A stretch of 64,000 nt of DNA from the human T2T-CHM13v2.0 reference genome, Homo sapiens. The notes under the pieces were generated by a model. It searched no databases. It saw only the letters and a list, made by a program, of their open reading frames with translations, and had not been told where the DNA came from. The position numbers and the translations under genes were made by a program. The stretch is from the NCBI RefSeq assembly GCF_009914755.1, contig NC_060934.1. One strand, written 5' to 3'. The stretch's first letter is position 1; each line of letters begins with the position of its first letter. This document shows, piece after piece, positions 11,790 through 24,699 of the stretch.

Positions 11790-13260
11790 AGCCCTGGCGA
11801 GTAATCAGCATGTTGCCTCTTAAAACTCGTTCAATTAGCAGATGGGCCTTTGCCTAAAGTGACTATTAGTAAGAAGGACAGGCGTTGTTTTATCAAATTG
11901 TCTTCCTGGGATCTGTTGTATTTAGTGCCATGCAATCACCCAGATTTTCTCTTACTACAAAAAAAAAAATCTCGTAAGCAAAATAAGGGTGAAGTACGCC
12001 TCCTCCCCGCCCACCTAATGTATGATGGAATGAAAATGCAGGTCGTGAATAAAAATCCAGCCCCTGCCTAATATATTTCCCTGTGGGGGAGCTGTGGCTT
12101 AGCAGCTCTGGCACTGCATAGGCAAAAATGCAGAGTTTGTCTCTTTTGTCAGTCTGGAGATAAAATCCTATTCTTTGTAATCCCTGAAGAAACAAATCAA
12201 ATAAACTCGGGCTGAGCTAACCATTTTCAATCCATCAAAGCAATCAAATTCTGTTTACCTGAATCACAATGATTTCTAAAATGTTATTAAAAAGTAAAAT
12301 GGAGTTTAACTATTCCAAAAAACCGAAAATGATGTGCAAACACAAAAGGGATAAGATTTCTGTAATTATGTAGACATAAAGTCGGTGCCATCATTTGTGC
12401 CACAATACATTGTAGCTATGGCATGTAAAGATAAAAAGCCCTTTGTCTAACACCGCTGCTGCAAGTGATGCAAAAACATAATTAATGTAAGAAGTCTTCA
12501 AAGGGGTGACTATTCATTTCGTTAGTTTTATTGCTCTTTCGGCAAACAATGGTTTTATAATTTAATAAACCAATTAACTGATTATGTCTCACCCAAAATA
12601 TTTGTATATCACCCATTCTATCATCTCAAAAGTCCTCATCCCATTTCTTACCCTGACAGTGTTGTTGTAAATGTGTCTAATTAGGATATTTGGCAAATGG
12701 GTGGCTGGCAGGTTATTTCGAAGCAAATTCTTTGGGATTTCTGTCTCGAGGTGCTTTTGCAAACATTTGCAACGACAACAGAGAGCCTTCTCTTTCGGTG
12801 TCATTAAAAGTTCAGATACCACATTATCACGACTGTTTAGAGCCACTTTGAAAGAATGATTGTGGACCTGTCTCTTTATTATAATTCCTTAACTATTCTG
12901 CAGGAGGGACTATGCAGTCCCTAAGCGTGGCATGCCTTATCGCCTCTCAAAATTGCTTCTTCTGTTCAGTCAAGAGTCATTCTGTGGACTGCAGGTACCT
13001 ATCGCTGGCTGTATTATAACAGTGATGCTCACCACATTGCAGCCGATGAATCTGCAGCATTTCCATTACAACCCTCCATTATCGAGGACAGAAAAGCCGG
13101 CTAGGGAAAAAAATGCACCCAGGAATAAAACTTGACATCCTGGCAAATGAAAGAAAGTTTCAACCTAGGCACATTCTTTCAGCACTTTGAAATGTGAAAT
13201 TGTCATGACAGGTTTTCAGTAGCAAGAATATATGTCAATAAAAGCATAGAAATGGAGTCA
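11790..13260. promoter_or_regulatory. Long candidate conserved non-coding element cluster
   Basis: ~1.5 kb repeat-free; CAATCCATCA (reverse TGATGGATTG, PBX-HOX) 12228 overlapping TCF CATCAAAG 12233; FOX TGTTTAC 12252; SOX AACAATGG 12545; many TAAT/TTTAT sites. Confidence 0.55.
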
Positions 13261-13437
13261 TTTAAGAGGATTTCCTGGAACTCTCAGTCAAAGGTGCTTT
13301 TATTACAGGTACAAATGCACTCCCTGCTCTAGTCCCCAAAAGCGACTGACGATCTCAAGCGGGGACTTTACTTACTAGTGTTGCATAGTGAATGTTATTC
13401 TAACCTGTAAGCTGTTGGTTTTATCTTTTCAGCAAAG

Positions 13438-13970
13438 CATTCATTCACTTGTTCATGGAACCAAAAATCAAGAGCCTCCCACCCACCCATCATGAACTAG
13501 AAGGGGCCCCTGCCTTCACGGAGGACACCGTCTAGGGAGAATAAGCACAGGCACAATATAGATGCAATGGGTGCTATGAGAGGGGCAATCCATGGCCCTA
13601 TAAGACACACAGGAGAGCACTTAGATCAAGAGGATCAGGGAAGCCCTTTTCTGCAGGAGGTGATGCATAAGCTCCTGGCATTCAGGAGTGGAGTTAGCCA
13701 AGTAACTGAGGAGGGGACAGAGTCTGGTGGTTGCTCAAAGGTGCAGTGGTGAGAGAAAATGCCCATTCAGGACCCCAGGGACCCTTTATCATGGCAGGAG
13801 CCTGGAACACGAGGCAGAGGGGTAGAAGAGAGAATCACAGGGTGGATGAGCCCATGCTGCTCAGGGTTGGGGTCATAACAAGGAATTTGAACTTCATGCC
13901 AAGAGGAACATGGGGCTACTGAAGGTTTTCAGCAGGGGAGTCATGTGATCAGATTTGCATTCTAGAAATA
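13438..13970 (-). mobile_element. L2 LINE 3' fragment
   Basis: cattcattcac tail; ccctgccttcacggag; gctactgaaggttttcagcaggggagtcatgtgatcagatttgcattctagaaa. Confidence 0.75.
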
Positions 13971-14119
13971 TGCGCCTACACTTTCAAAGAACTCATCTTT
14001 CCTATACCCCACCTCCCAAAAAGTCCTAAAGGTTTATGGTTATATGTGACGTATGGTTTATTTTCCCTGTGAAAAATAACACTGAGCTATTAGTATCAAT
14101 CTTTCCAAAGACGCAGTGG

Positions 14120-14530
14120 GGCACCAACCTCCTGGGTTACCATGTATTCATCTGGTGCCTAGACTTCACCGGAGTCTATGCGAAGGATCTTCCCTCAAGC
14201 TGGGGAGAGAAAACATAAACCCCAATAACACCCAGATAAAAACTAGATCCCTGAGGTCCCACACGATGAAAGGACAGACAGGATGTTCTGAACATTAGAG
14301 GGATGCCTTTCTGTGGACTGGGGTGTGTGGAGAAGGTTCATGGAGGTGGCATGTTCTTAGATGGGCAGGAGAAATGACCTGAGCAGAGGGTGAGGTGGGA
14401 ATGATCATGACAGCACAGAGAAGCAGCCAAGCTGTCTCATCCCAGTGAGTGATAACAGCAAGAGGAGAAAGTCGAAAGGAGGGTGCAAGCACGTCGGATG
14501 TAAAGCGTAGGGTTTTGATCTCCACCTGGT
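14120..14530 (-). mobile_element. L2 LINE fragment
   Basis: ccctcaagctggggagaga...ggaaggttcatggaggtggcatgtt; degenerate. Confidence 0.5.
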
Positions 14531-14789
14531 GGATGACTAAGTAGGGTGATGACAACATCATTGCCACCACAAACACCATAGGGTATGGTGTGTATAGGGC
14601 ACTTATCTTCACTGCTTTGAGTTGGGACTCAATCCTAGGTCTTCTGATTCTGGACTCTGTTCCTTTCTACTGTACCTTACTGCCTTTCCAAGACTGCCAG
14701 GAGAGAGAGAAAGAGGGATGAGTGACAGGTGACACAGACAACGTGGATGCTTATTGAGGAGGATATGCTTAAACAGGATGCCAAGGACC

Positions 14790-15090
14790 AGAGGGAACTT
14801 AGCATGTCGTGCAAGACTCTTTGTGACTTGGTCCTAACAACGTCTCCAGGTTTTCTCTCCCTCATGCTCCCCGAACACAAGACATCCTGAAACACTTGCA
14901 GTCCTCCCTCCTGCCTCCATGTTTCTCTATGTGCCACCCCTTACTACCCAGAAAACCCTTCCTCATCCTCTGAGACCCAGGTGGCACCTTCTCTGGGAAG
15001 CACTGCACAGCTATCCCTCCACCTACCCCAGGCCACCCTGGGAATCACTCCTATAGAACTTTGTGTTATTGATCACTCGTTCACCTGTCC
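14790..15090 (+). mobile_element. L2 LINE fragment
   Basis: cttagcatg...ctcatcctctgagacccaggtggcaccttctctgggaagc. Confidence 0.55.
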
Positions 15091-15669
15091 TTGACATCCT
15101 CTGGTCTAGGAACTTTTTGGCTAAGCACAGGGGTTATGAGCTTGGCCTCTGGTTTGATTTCACAAGCCCTTCTAAGATAGCACCAGAATGTAGCAGCAGC
15201 TCCATCACCATTGGAGGAATGTAAGGCTGGATAAATGAACTCAGGGAGAAGAGGCTCTCTCATAGAACCTGCCAAACCCAGTGGTGCAGAAAAGACTACT
15301 AAGGAAATTATATTTTCCGAGCTCCAGAAAGTGACTGTGGCTATCAGAAGAATGTTTACTTCGAAGCTACTCCTGCTTAAAACAGGCCTCTTGGCTGTAT
15401 CACACTGCCTCTAAACAATCATTCAATGCAGACACTGAAAGAGAAAAAAAAATAAAAGTCAATTCCAAGAGGGGAAAAGTCAACTCAAGGGGTTGTTTGA
15501 TTTCTTTGGTCTTCCAACTCAATCAAAAAGGTCACTCTTACAGCCCTGTGTAAATATAGCCCGGGTCTGAGTGTCTTGAATCATGTGACAATGTTATCTC
15601 ATTAATTCCTTCAAAGCAAGTAACAAGTATGGCTGAGTAAGATAGCAAGCATTACCCAAGGGCCTAGGC

Positions 15670-15800
15670 CAGTGATTCTCAAACTTCAGAACACATCTGA
15701 ATCACCTGGAGGGTTTATTACAACACTAGCTGCTGGGCCCCACCTCCAGAGTTTCTAATACAGTAGGTCTAGGATAAGGCTCTTGAAGATGTGTTTCTTC

Positions 15801-15831
<31 letters not shown>

Positions 15832-15899
15832 AGTGAATACATAAGTTCCTATGCGATGTTGATGCTGCTGGTCTGGGGACTGCACTTTGAAAATCACTG
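15670..15899 (+). mobile_element. MER5A hAT-Charlie MITE with internal T26 insertion
   Basis: TIRs cagtgattctcaaa / tttgaaaatcactg; gaatcacctggaggg, gctgggccccacc, gatgctgctggtctggggac. Confidence 0.88.
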
Positions 15900-15928
15900 C
15901 CTTTGGACTATTGATAACCTTGCATTAA

Positions 15929-16147
<219 letters not shown>

Positions 16148-17029
16148 TGATTTGCTTCAGCTGAGCAAATACTGAGGTCACAAAATAAAGTGAAATCAGC
16201 ATGCTCACCTGGCCTGAATTGTTTCTCCTGTAGTTCAAGATGGGAGCGGCCACTTGCCAGCTCCAGTCAGACCACAGAGCCAGAAAGGCCAGGTCTGGGG
16301 GTATTATTTTTTCAAACAAGAATCCCTGATATCAACTGCATGCAAATTACTCCAGCTCTCCCTTTGAGACAGCCATGATAGGGATTTGAAAAGGAGGTCA
16401 AAGTAAAATTGAGTTCTGACTCAGATTTCACCAAAATGGGTTTTCAAATCAAATCAGATAAAGCCTCTAGGTACATAGGATTCGTTTGCCCCTACCCAAA
16501 TGTGACCTCTCCTATTAAGAAGGGAGGAAAATGCTTGAAGAACCTCTTCAACATCAAATAGCAACTTAAGAGCATTTTCTGGTGATTTAAACTTAAATGA
16601 ATCAGAAACATCTGGATTAGATTTTACGCAAATGCTACACAATCTAAATAATTAAGGTGGGAGAGGAAGCACGTGGCAAACTGCCCTTTGGGTTTAATCA
16701 GGTCTGGAGCACTTGAAAATGGGTCTGAGGTGTCGATGAGCTCCGGGTAAGGTCCTCAGACAGAGCTTTTCTACTTTGAAAGCTCAAAAGTCACACAGAT
16801 CACCTTCCCTTCTCTCAGGATTCCTGGAGGGCCCCATTGGGACAGCTCATTCACAATGTGATGCTCCAGACGAAGCTGGATGCCTGATGACCAGGGGCCA
16901 GTGGGCATTATGAAGTGCACACATCAGCCTGAGCACAGCGGCCAAGAGTCTGTGCATGTCAGGATAATGCAGCCAGCTGTGGCCACACACGAGTCCTGAC
17001 GTCTCAGTGGCTTTACACAGCTAAATCCA

Positions 17030-17210
17030 TTTCTTACTCATGCCATCTGGGTTGAATGACTCTGTGGTACATCTCTCCTCCACACAGTCACTCAGGAATC
17101 CAGGCTGCTTCCAGCTCATGATTCTGCAATGCATTGTACTATGCATATCTCCATGGTTACTGCTGAGGGGGAAAAGAGGGACAGAAGCATGAAATGCCCA
17201 GTTTTGCATC
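17030..17210 (-). mobile_element. Old MLT1 (J/K/L-like) LTR fragment
   Basis: ctccacacagtcactcaggaatccaggctgcttcc. Confidence 0.5.
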
Positions 17211-17361
17211 TCAATTCTGTTATTAAAGAGCTGTGGAGCATTCTGCAGACACTTGACCTCTTTAAGATTCCATTCATTTCTTCCCCTATAAAATGAGATT
17301 CATAATGGTACCCCCTCATGGAGTACATGTGAAAATCAAATGAGATTTGCCATTGGACCCC

Positions 17362-17522
17362 TGCTACTCCAAGGGTGGGCTGCTGACCCGTAGCATTGGC
17401 ACCACCTGGAACTCTACAAGAACCATGGACCCTCAGGCCCCACCCCATACCTACTGAATCAGAATCTGCATTTTAATCAGCTCCCCGGAGATTGATGTGC
17501 AAGTCACAGTTTGAGAACACCA
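17362..17522 (-). mobile_element. MER5A/B MITE
   Basis: ctcaggccccaccccatacctactgaatcagaatctgcattttaa...agtttgagaa. Confidence 0.8.
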
Positions 17523-18391
17523 CAAGGAAGCCTCCAGCACACAGTACATGCTCAGTGAGCATTAGTCATGTTATTATCATCTAAACTCCAGCTGCCTTTC
17601 CAGGCCTGAAAATCACTGAGTCAATTAGCAACTCACAATCAGCAGGGGCATCGGGGGAGACTAGCAGGTTTAGGGTCTGGCTTCTCATCATGTGAAACAG
17701 TGACACTTCCTACTGATGCCCTTTCATGAAAGAGCGGAGAAGGGGTTGTTATTTTAACTGACAAATCAAAGCAAGTCAGGACTAAAACTGCAATCATTTG
17801 ATCCTCATTATCCCAAGGAATTTCAGCCCATATGGCATGCTGCCCTCATCATTACACACTGATCACAGACCCTGTACATTACCTGGGACCAGCCCAGAAA
17901 CATAAAAGGTAGCGAATGGACCCAGATTTCTAGACAGGCTGTCATGGAAAATTTCCCTCCTTGGGGGGCTGGAGAGGGGAGGATTAGGATCAGTGTCAAG
18001 TAAACCATTACCCCTCCTGGTAAAACACATTTCCACGGTCGGCCCAGCTGTCGAGCTCACTTAGTTTATGGCGCTCGTGTCCCAGGATGTGGAGGGATTC
18101 TTTTGGCTGGCTGCCTGCATGGCTAATTTCCGTGCCGACACCAAATCATCATCCAGAAAGTGCCCTCTGCAAAATGACTAAACTGATATCAGGTGTCTCT
18201 CCCCAGCCCCTTCCCCTGCCTCCACCTCCCTCCACAAAAGCCCTGTCTGTGACACATGACACTTGACTGCTTTCTCTTGGTAATGGATCATACAACTTCT
18301 GAAGCTCAATTTCCTTTCCTCCTCAACACGGTGTCACCTCAACCACATTGATCAATATGAAGGGGAGTAATGCTCATAGCAGCTTGCAGCC

Positions 18392-18495
18392 TGCCCTCTC
18401 CCTCCCTCCCTCCTCCCCTCTGCTCCCTCTCCTTCCTTCCTCTTTTACACACACACACCCACATACACAAACACACACACACACACACACACACG
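18392..18495. repeat. CT-rich tract followed by (CA)n
   Basis: Direct reading. Confidence 0.9.
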
Positions 18496-18519
18496 CAAAA
18501 TACTCAGAACATTAAAGAA

Positions 18520-19010
18520 AGCTGTTAAGCTAATCTTGGTGCATCTAAATGGGCAATATATATTGAATCCATGCTCCATTGATCATAATTATTGCAGGGC
18601 CCTTTATCAAGTAACCATCTTAAACCATTATTTAGAGATCATTTTGCTTTCCATTACTGTCACTATATTGCAAAATTCGCCGGGAATTGGATGCCTGGCG
18701 ATAGAGGGGTGTGCACAGTATTAGCCGGGAATCTGCCCATGTCATCCAGGAGTGTTTCCACATAGAAAGACTTAGCGCCACAGTCAGTGAACTTTTGAAG
18801 AGCGCCCCCACGCCCCGATCAGCTCTATGGCAGAAAAATAAATCCTCCACCCGGGTCTGATTTTCCACCTTGCCTCTGCAAACAATATCACCATTATTCT
18901 TGCCTTACAATAATCCCCAGTAAGACCCTCAACATACAAAGCCCCCGACTCACACGGGGCATTTGCAGATGAAGTGCGGTCGTTGCAAAGTGCCTGAATA
19001 AAGGCATCTG
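18520..19010. promoter_or_regulatory. Candidate regulatory element with locally retained CpGs
   Basis: About 13 CpG in 18677-18982, GC box GCGCCCCCACGCCCC, TAATTA/TAATC homeobox sites, no repeat recognised. Confidence 0.4.
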
Positions 19011-19204
19011 GCCTGTGGGAAGGAAAACAAGGGCACCTTATCCGGAATGCCCCAGTCTCCTAAAAGGGAACTTTTATGCCAAAACAATGGCTCTCTTTCT
19101 TCCCCATCCTAAGGATGCCCTGTTCTACCTCAGTACCATCTCTTCTCCATCCATCCGCTATTTGCAGAGAAGGATACCTTGGTACTTCTCAACAACGATG
19201 AGAT

Positions 19205-19440
19205 GAGTGCCAGAGTGTGGTGGTTAAAGCCATTGACTCAGTCATCAGAGCCGGGCTCAAACCCAGACTTGGCCACCTGCTCTCGGCAGAGCCTCAGGCA
19301 ATCCATTTACTCTCTGCCAGGCTCCAATATTGCTTCTGTGGCAATAGGAATTAAGATAATTACAAACCCCCAACTCATATGGCAGTTGGATGGTTCTGAT
19401 CCGGTGCACAGTGAGTGCTCAGTACAATTTAGCTATTATT
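19205..19440 (+). mobile_element. MIR SINE
   Basis: gtggttaaagc...gggctcaaacccagacttggccac...cagtgagtgctcagta. Confidence 0.7.
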
Positions 19441-19454
19441 ACTGACACCTCCGG

Positions 19455-19616
19455 CAGTGCTTCTCAAATGTTAACGTGCACCAGGATCATCCCAGCTGCC
19501 ATCCCCAGCCCTGGAGTTTCTGATCCTGTAGGTCTTGGGTGGGGCCTGAGATTTTACATTTATAACAAGTTCCCAGGTGATGCTAATGGTCTGCAGCCAT
19601 ACTTTGAGAGTTCCTG
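19455..19616 (+). mobile_element. MER5A MITE
   Basis: cagtgcttctcaaa...gggtggggcctgaga...aacaagttcccaggtgatgct...actttgag. Confidence 0.85.
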
Positions 19617-19734
19617 CTCTATGGAACTGAGAACTAAACAGACTTTACTTCCTTGCTTGGGTCAACGGCCAAAAAACAACAGTGAATGAAACAGACTGAA
19701 GCCTGTCCTGTTGTCAAAGAAATATCGTAAGATT

Positions 19735-19940
19735 TAGAGTCAGACTCACCTGAATCTGCCTCCTGGCTCTACCATTTACTAGCTCTGTGATTTTAAACAA
19801 CTTCCTCAACTTCTCTGGGCTTCTTTTCTCATCTGAAGGTTTTCTGTACTTCATGGAGTTGTTATTGGAAATTAAATTAGATCACTTGTAGGAAATACCA
19901 ATACAGTTGCTGGTATGTGATAGATAAAAAATTGTAATCA
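19735..19940 (+). mobile_element. MIR SINE
   Basis: agagtcagac...ggctctaccatttactagctctgtga. Confidence 0.75.
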
Positions 19941-19947
19941 TTAATAA

Positions 19948-20032
19948 TATTACTTTGTATCATGTGAAATTATTGATATTTGACCATATTTTATCTACCA
20001 AAAATGGCAGTTTTATACAGATTGACCTAATA
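19948..20032. mobile_element. MADE2-like mariner MITE (palindromic, ~85 bp)
   Basis: tatta..ttgtatcatgtgaaatt..gatatttgacc...ctaccaaaaatggcagttttata..g.ttgacctaata resembles the MADE2 consensus as remembered. Confidence 0.65.
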
Positions 20033-20661
20033 ATGATAATAACAATAATGGCAATATCACTGAGCAGACTTTAGCCACCCCAGTTTTGCCAAATAACTAG
20101 CTGGCGGACTCTACTAAAGCAAAGTTGAGGACATCATTCAGTTAAATTGCAGCATCATTTTAGCTACCATGTTTGTCGACCTGGATGCCTGATTTATCCC
20201 CATTTCCCCAACACACACTTGCACCGTTCTAATTCGCCTGGGCATAGGTCCTGGTTTTTTGGTTTTTAGGAGCTCCTCCAAATGACCCGAGTAAGTGGTG
20301 AAGGTGTGACTTTGGAGACCCATGTTCTGTGTGGTTTCTTTGGTCCTTGCTGGCCACAACTGAATGACAGCACCTGCCTCTGTCCAGCATCCTTCTTTCT
20401 CTTTGGTGTTTTCTAATCTGCTAAGAGCTGGGAAACGAAATAACTTAGCTTTCCTAGCTTATCTTTGTGTCTCCGTTTTTTTTTAGTAAAATTACTAGTA
20501 ATAAAATACATGATCAACAATGTTGAATTGAAAATAATTGTTAAGTAGGGCAATGAAAAAACACAGTATCATCTTGATAGGTTCTGAAAGGACATTTGAT
20601 AAACATTCATGTTCAAAAAAAGCTCTTGGTAAATGTAGAATGTAAGCTACTAACAGTCATG

Positions 20662-20777
20662 ATGGATGTGTGGATGTATGTGTGGATGTATACATACACA
20701 TACATATATGTGTGTATGTATACATACACATACATATGTGTGTATATATACATACACACATATACATACACACATAC
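20662..20777. repeat. Alternating purine-pyrimidine (TA/TG/CA) compound microsatellite
   Basis: Direct reading; internal palindromes. Confidence 0.9.
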
Positions 20778-20952
20778 TTTTTTAAACCAATAGCTGCATC
20801 ATGCATAAAACATGGAAAACACTTCCATTAAAATCCAGGAATGAAACAAGGATGTCTACTTATTATGACTGTTTAACATTGTTCTAGAAGTACCAGCTTA
20901 TACAATAGTAACAGGAATAAATGTTGGAAAATTCAGAGAAAAATCATCATCA

Positions 20953-21118
20953 TTTTTTTTTTTTTGAGACAGCATCTTTCTCTGTCACCCAAGCTGGAGT
21001 GTGGTGGTATAATCATGGCTCATTTCAGCCTCGAACTCCTAGTCTCAGGTGATCCTCCTGATCCAGCCTGGCCCCCCATGGTGCTGGGATTACAGACATG
21101 AGCCACTGCACCTGGCCT
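20953..21118 (-). mobile_element. FRAM-like Alu monomer
   Basis: Single arm with poly-T; TSD catcatcattttt / catcagcattttt. Confidence 0.85.
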
Positions 21119-22542
21119 CATCAGCATTTTTAGATGATCTAGCTGTCTGCTTGCAAAACTTATGAGGAAATATTAGAAATTAATAAGAAGCTTCAACGAG
21201 GTAGATTGTTATATTATTGACAAACAAAAATTAATAACGTGTCTATAACCACTTAGAAAATGCATGCTTCATAAGAGCCATAAAAAGTTAATGCCTAGAC
21301 ACGAACTTCTCAATAAATGACTAAAACCTACATAAGAACCACAAAACTACTCAGGAATACAAAGGGATATTTGAATGATTGTAAAAATATATATATATCA
21401 TGTTCTATGATGAGAAGATCTGGTATTTAAAGATGTTAATACTGACAAATCATGCCGTGAATTGAATGTAATCTCAATTAAGATTCCAATTTTTTTTCAA
21501 ACTTGACTAGAGTTTATTTGAAGACTGTATGTGTGAGAATAATCAGAGAAAATGGGAGAAAAAGGAGAACTAACAAGAGGGCATTTGCCTTCCCAACTCT
21601 TAAAATATATTAAAGCTCTGATAATTAAAACTGAGTCCAAAAAAGACAGATTAATTAAATAGACTAGGAAATTCAGAAGCAGACCCAAGCATATAAGAAA
21701 TTTTGATATAGCTACCATCCCCACCTGAGATTTCAAATCAAGCAGGAAAGCTAAAACTATTCAATAAAGAATCTAGAAAAAAAACTCAGACAAATTATGC
21801 CAACATAAATTTCATGTGCATTAAAAAAATTAATATAAAGGTGCTAACAAAAAATATATAAGTATTTATGTAATATTTTATGGGAATTGCTTTTTAAGAA
21901 TGGCACTGAAGCAAAATTTATAAAATTTAAAATTTAAACTCCTAAATGAAAAAAGAAACCACAAAGTTAAAAGGCAAATAGTCTGGAAAACATATTTTCA
22001 ATATACATGATAGTCAGAGTTGGTGTCCTTACAACTTAAAGATATATTAAATTCTACAAGAAATATACATATGGAAAATCCAATAAAAATTGTGATAAAA
22101 GACATGAACAAAATACTCATAAATGAAGAAACATAGTAAATAACCACATACAAATGTTCAAGATCACGAGTAATCGAAGAAATAAAAGCTAAACATAATG
22201 GTCCCTCCTACTTACTTCTTTTATTATTACATATTTTTAAAAATTATGGCCAGAATTGCCAAAAATGTGAAGCAACACATAGGCATTCTCATATATTGCA
22301 GGTAGGAATGTAAGTTAGGATGGTCTTTTGGAGGGAAATTTGGAAGTGTCTAAAGCCTGAGACTTGGACCCAGTAAATACACTTAAGGGATATATCTGAG
22401 GAAATAATTAAGCAAATGCACATAGATAGTATAAGGGTGATCTTTGCAGCATTATTTATAGTAGCAAAAAACTGGAATATTAGTCAAAAATTATGGCAAA
22501 GGCCTGCAAGTATTCAAATGCAAACACAGATACAGGAGAGTC

Positions 22543-22730
22543 TTGGTTCTCAAACTTTAGTGTACATCAGTGATAACATGGAGAGCGTCTTAAAACAAGA
22601 TCGCTGGCCCCACCCCAACTAAATTTCTAATTTAGTAAGCCTGAGATGGGGCTCTAGAATGTGCATTTCTAAAAGATGCCCAGGTGATGGTGATGCTGAT
22701 GGTCCACGCATCACACTTTGAGAGCCCCTG
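22543..22730 (+). mobile_element. MER5A MITE
   Basis: tggttctcaaactttag...gctggccccacccc...gcatttctaa...cacactttgagagcccctg. Confidence 0.85.
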
Positions 22731-23064
22731 TGATAGAGCACTGCTTAGTGAGAAGAGCAAATTACGGCAGACACAGTAGGATCCAGTTTCTCTATATATG
22801 TAACTTACATATGCATAGACAAAAATTCTCAAGGATAAGCCCTAAAATATTAGCAATGGTTATTTCGAAGCATCAAGCTCATGGGTGCTTTAAATTTTTT
22901 ATGCTCAACATGAATTATTTATATAAATTTAATTAATCAGCCATTTCTTCCTCTAATAAGGGAATTTTATGAATCCCACGTGTGCCTGAAATCTCTCAAG
23001 CTGCCTCTTTCTTGCCCTGAATTATCTGGGCCCAGACTCAAAACTTCAGGGTTTGTTATTATTA

Positions 23065-23388
23065 ATATATCTTAACAGTATTAAGATGTAACTCACATAC
23101 CATACAATTTGCCCAATTAAAGTGTATACTTCAAAGGCTTTTAGAATATTCACAGAGTTGAACAACCATCACAAGAATCAATTCTAGAACATTTTTATAA
23201 CCCCAAAAAGAAAACTTACCCCCAGCAGTCACTCCCATTTTCCCCTAACGCCCTCCCCCAGCCCATGGCAACCATTAATCAACTTCCTGTTTCTCTGGAT
23301 TTGTGGGGTCTGAACATTTCATATAAATGGAATCAGACAATATGTGGTCTTGTGTGACTGGCTCCTTTAACTTAGCACATAGTTTTCA
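23065..23388 (-). mobile_element. L1MB-type 3' UTR fragment
   Basis: tcacataccatacaatttgccc..aaagtgta...catttcatataaatggaatc..acaatatgtggtc. Confidence 0.85.
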
Positions 23389-24699
23389 TACAACACACCT
23401 GTCCTTAAGAGGTTCAATTTACTCTGTGTACCATCCCTCCCCTCATCCCAGGTAATTTTAGCCTTCAGCTCGGTTCTCAGTGCTACCTTGGACTAGTTGA
23501 ATTTTGAGACACAACTCACTTCCTGATTGACATGGTAAAGATGTGCTATAACTCTGGTAAGAGGGCAGCCCAGGGCCTTATCACTAACTCACTCTAGGAC
23601 CCCAAGCCAGCTGCTTGCTTGGTCTAGATCCTTGTTTCAGGCAACACTAGTACCGCAGAGTTGCTGGAAAACTCAATGAAAGAATGAACATGCTGCTCAG
23701 AGTAGTGCCTGCTACCAACAAATGCTCGCACACGTCAGCTGTTGGCATTATTAGAAGAGTTCATTGAATGTCAATACCTGGCAGTTTCTTTACCACGAAG
23801 CCCTAATATGGCCACTGGAGCTCTAAAATGCCCGGAGTAGATGTGGCGACATCTTGTCTTATGAAAATATCCTGCCTCCTTCTTGAAGGGATGAGGAGAA
23901 GACTTCAGGCTGATTCTCACCCACAGTTGCCTCCTGCTGAGATAAGCTCTCAGGGAGGGTGCTGGGAGGTTATTAGATCAGACACAAGGACAAACCACAA
24001 TAATAACAATCACAATGCCAACAAAAGTATACGTTAGAATCAACTCCGTATACATACACTTCTTTCCAATAGCTGACTGAAGATGTTACTCAATGCAAGA
24101 TACCTTCCCAGGCACCAGCAATGCCTGTGGGCTCCTAAATTGACAAACTCAGTTCCCAGGCCTGGGAAAAGCCAGGGACAATTATATGAGACAAAAAAGA
24201 CACGTGGCCAAGCATCTCAGAACAAGGATCAGGCCTTACTGATCAGGTTAGCGCTGCTCACTAAACGTTGTGAACTGGGCACAGCAACGTTAGTTGCTCA
24301 GAATTTGTCTTATAATATTTAGGGCCTTTTGTCCTTCATCCATTATTTTTGTGTCTTTTCTAATCCAAAGGCATTGCTGTTCTTATCTTTCAAAATTCAG
24401 CCTGACCAATACATAGTTTTTAAGAGCAATTGTATTATAAATATTGGCAGAATTTGACTTTTCTGGAAAAGACTATTCTTTTTGTGAAAACATCTGAAAT
24501 GTTTCAAACAGCTTGGGCTCCCCTCATGATGGAGGTGCAAGGTAACTTCATGTTCCTAATATGTGTGGTGTCATCCGAGAGGGTTCTCCATGTGAGCACC
24601 CCCAGCAGCCAGAATAGTCCCAAGAACTGAAACTATGCTGCGGCCTCCCCTCCAGCTCCAATCTCTCCAGAAACCCTACAATGGATCCATCAGACCCTC

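Larger units (their letters stand above)
20560..22480 (+). mobile_element. Ancient L1M ORF2 relic (RT region to 3' part), interrupted
   Basis: ttccattaaaatcc..aacaaggatgtcta...tttaacattgttctagaagt corresponds to decayed L1 RT motif FPL..GTRQGCPLSPLLFNIVLEV; gcagcattatttatagtagcaaaaaactggaa. Confidence 0.8.
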
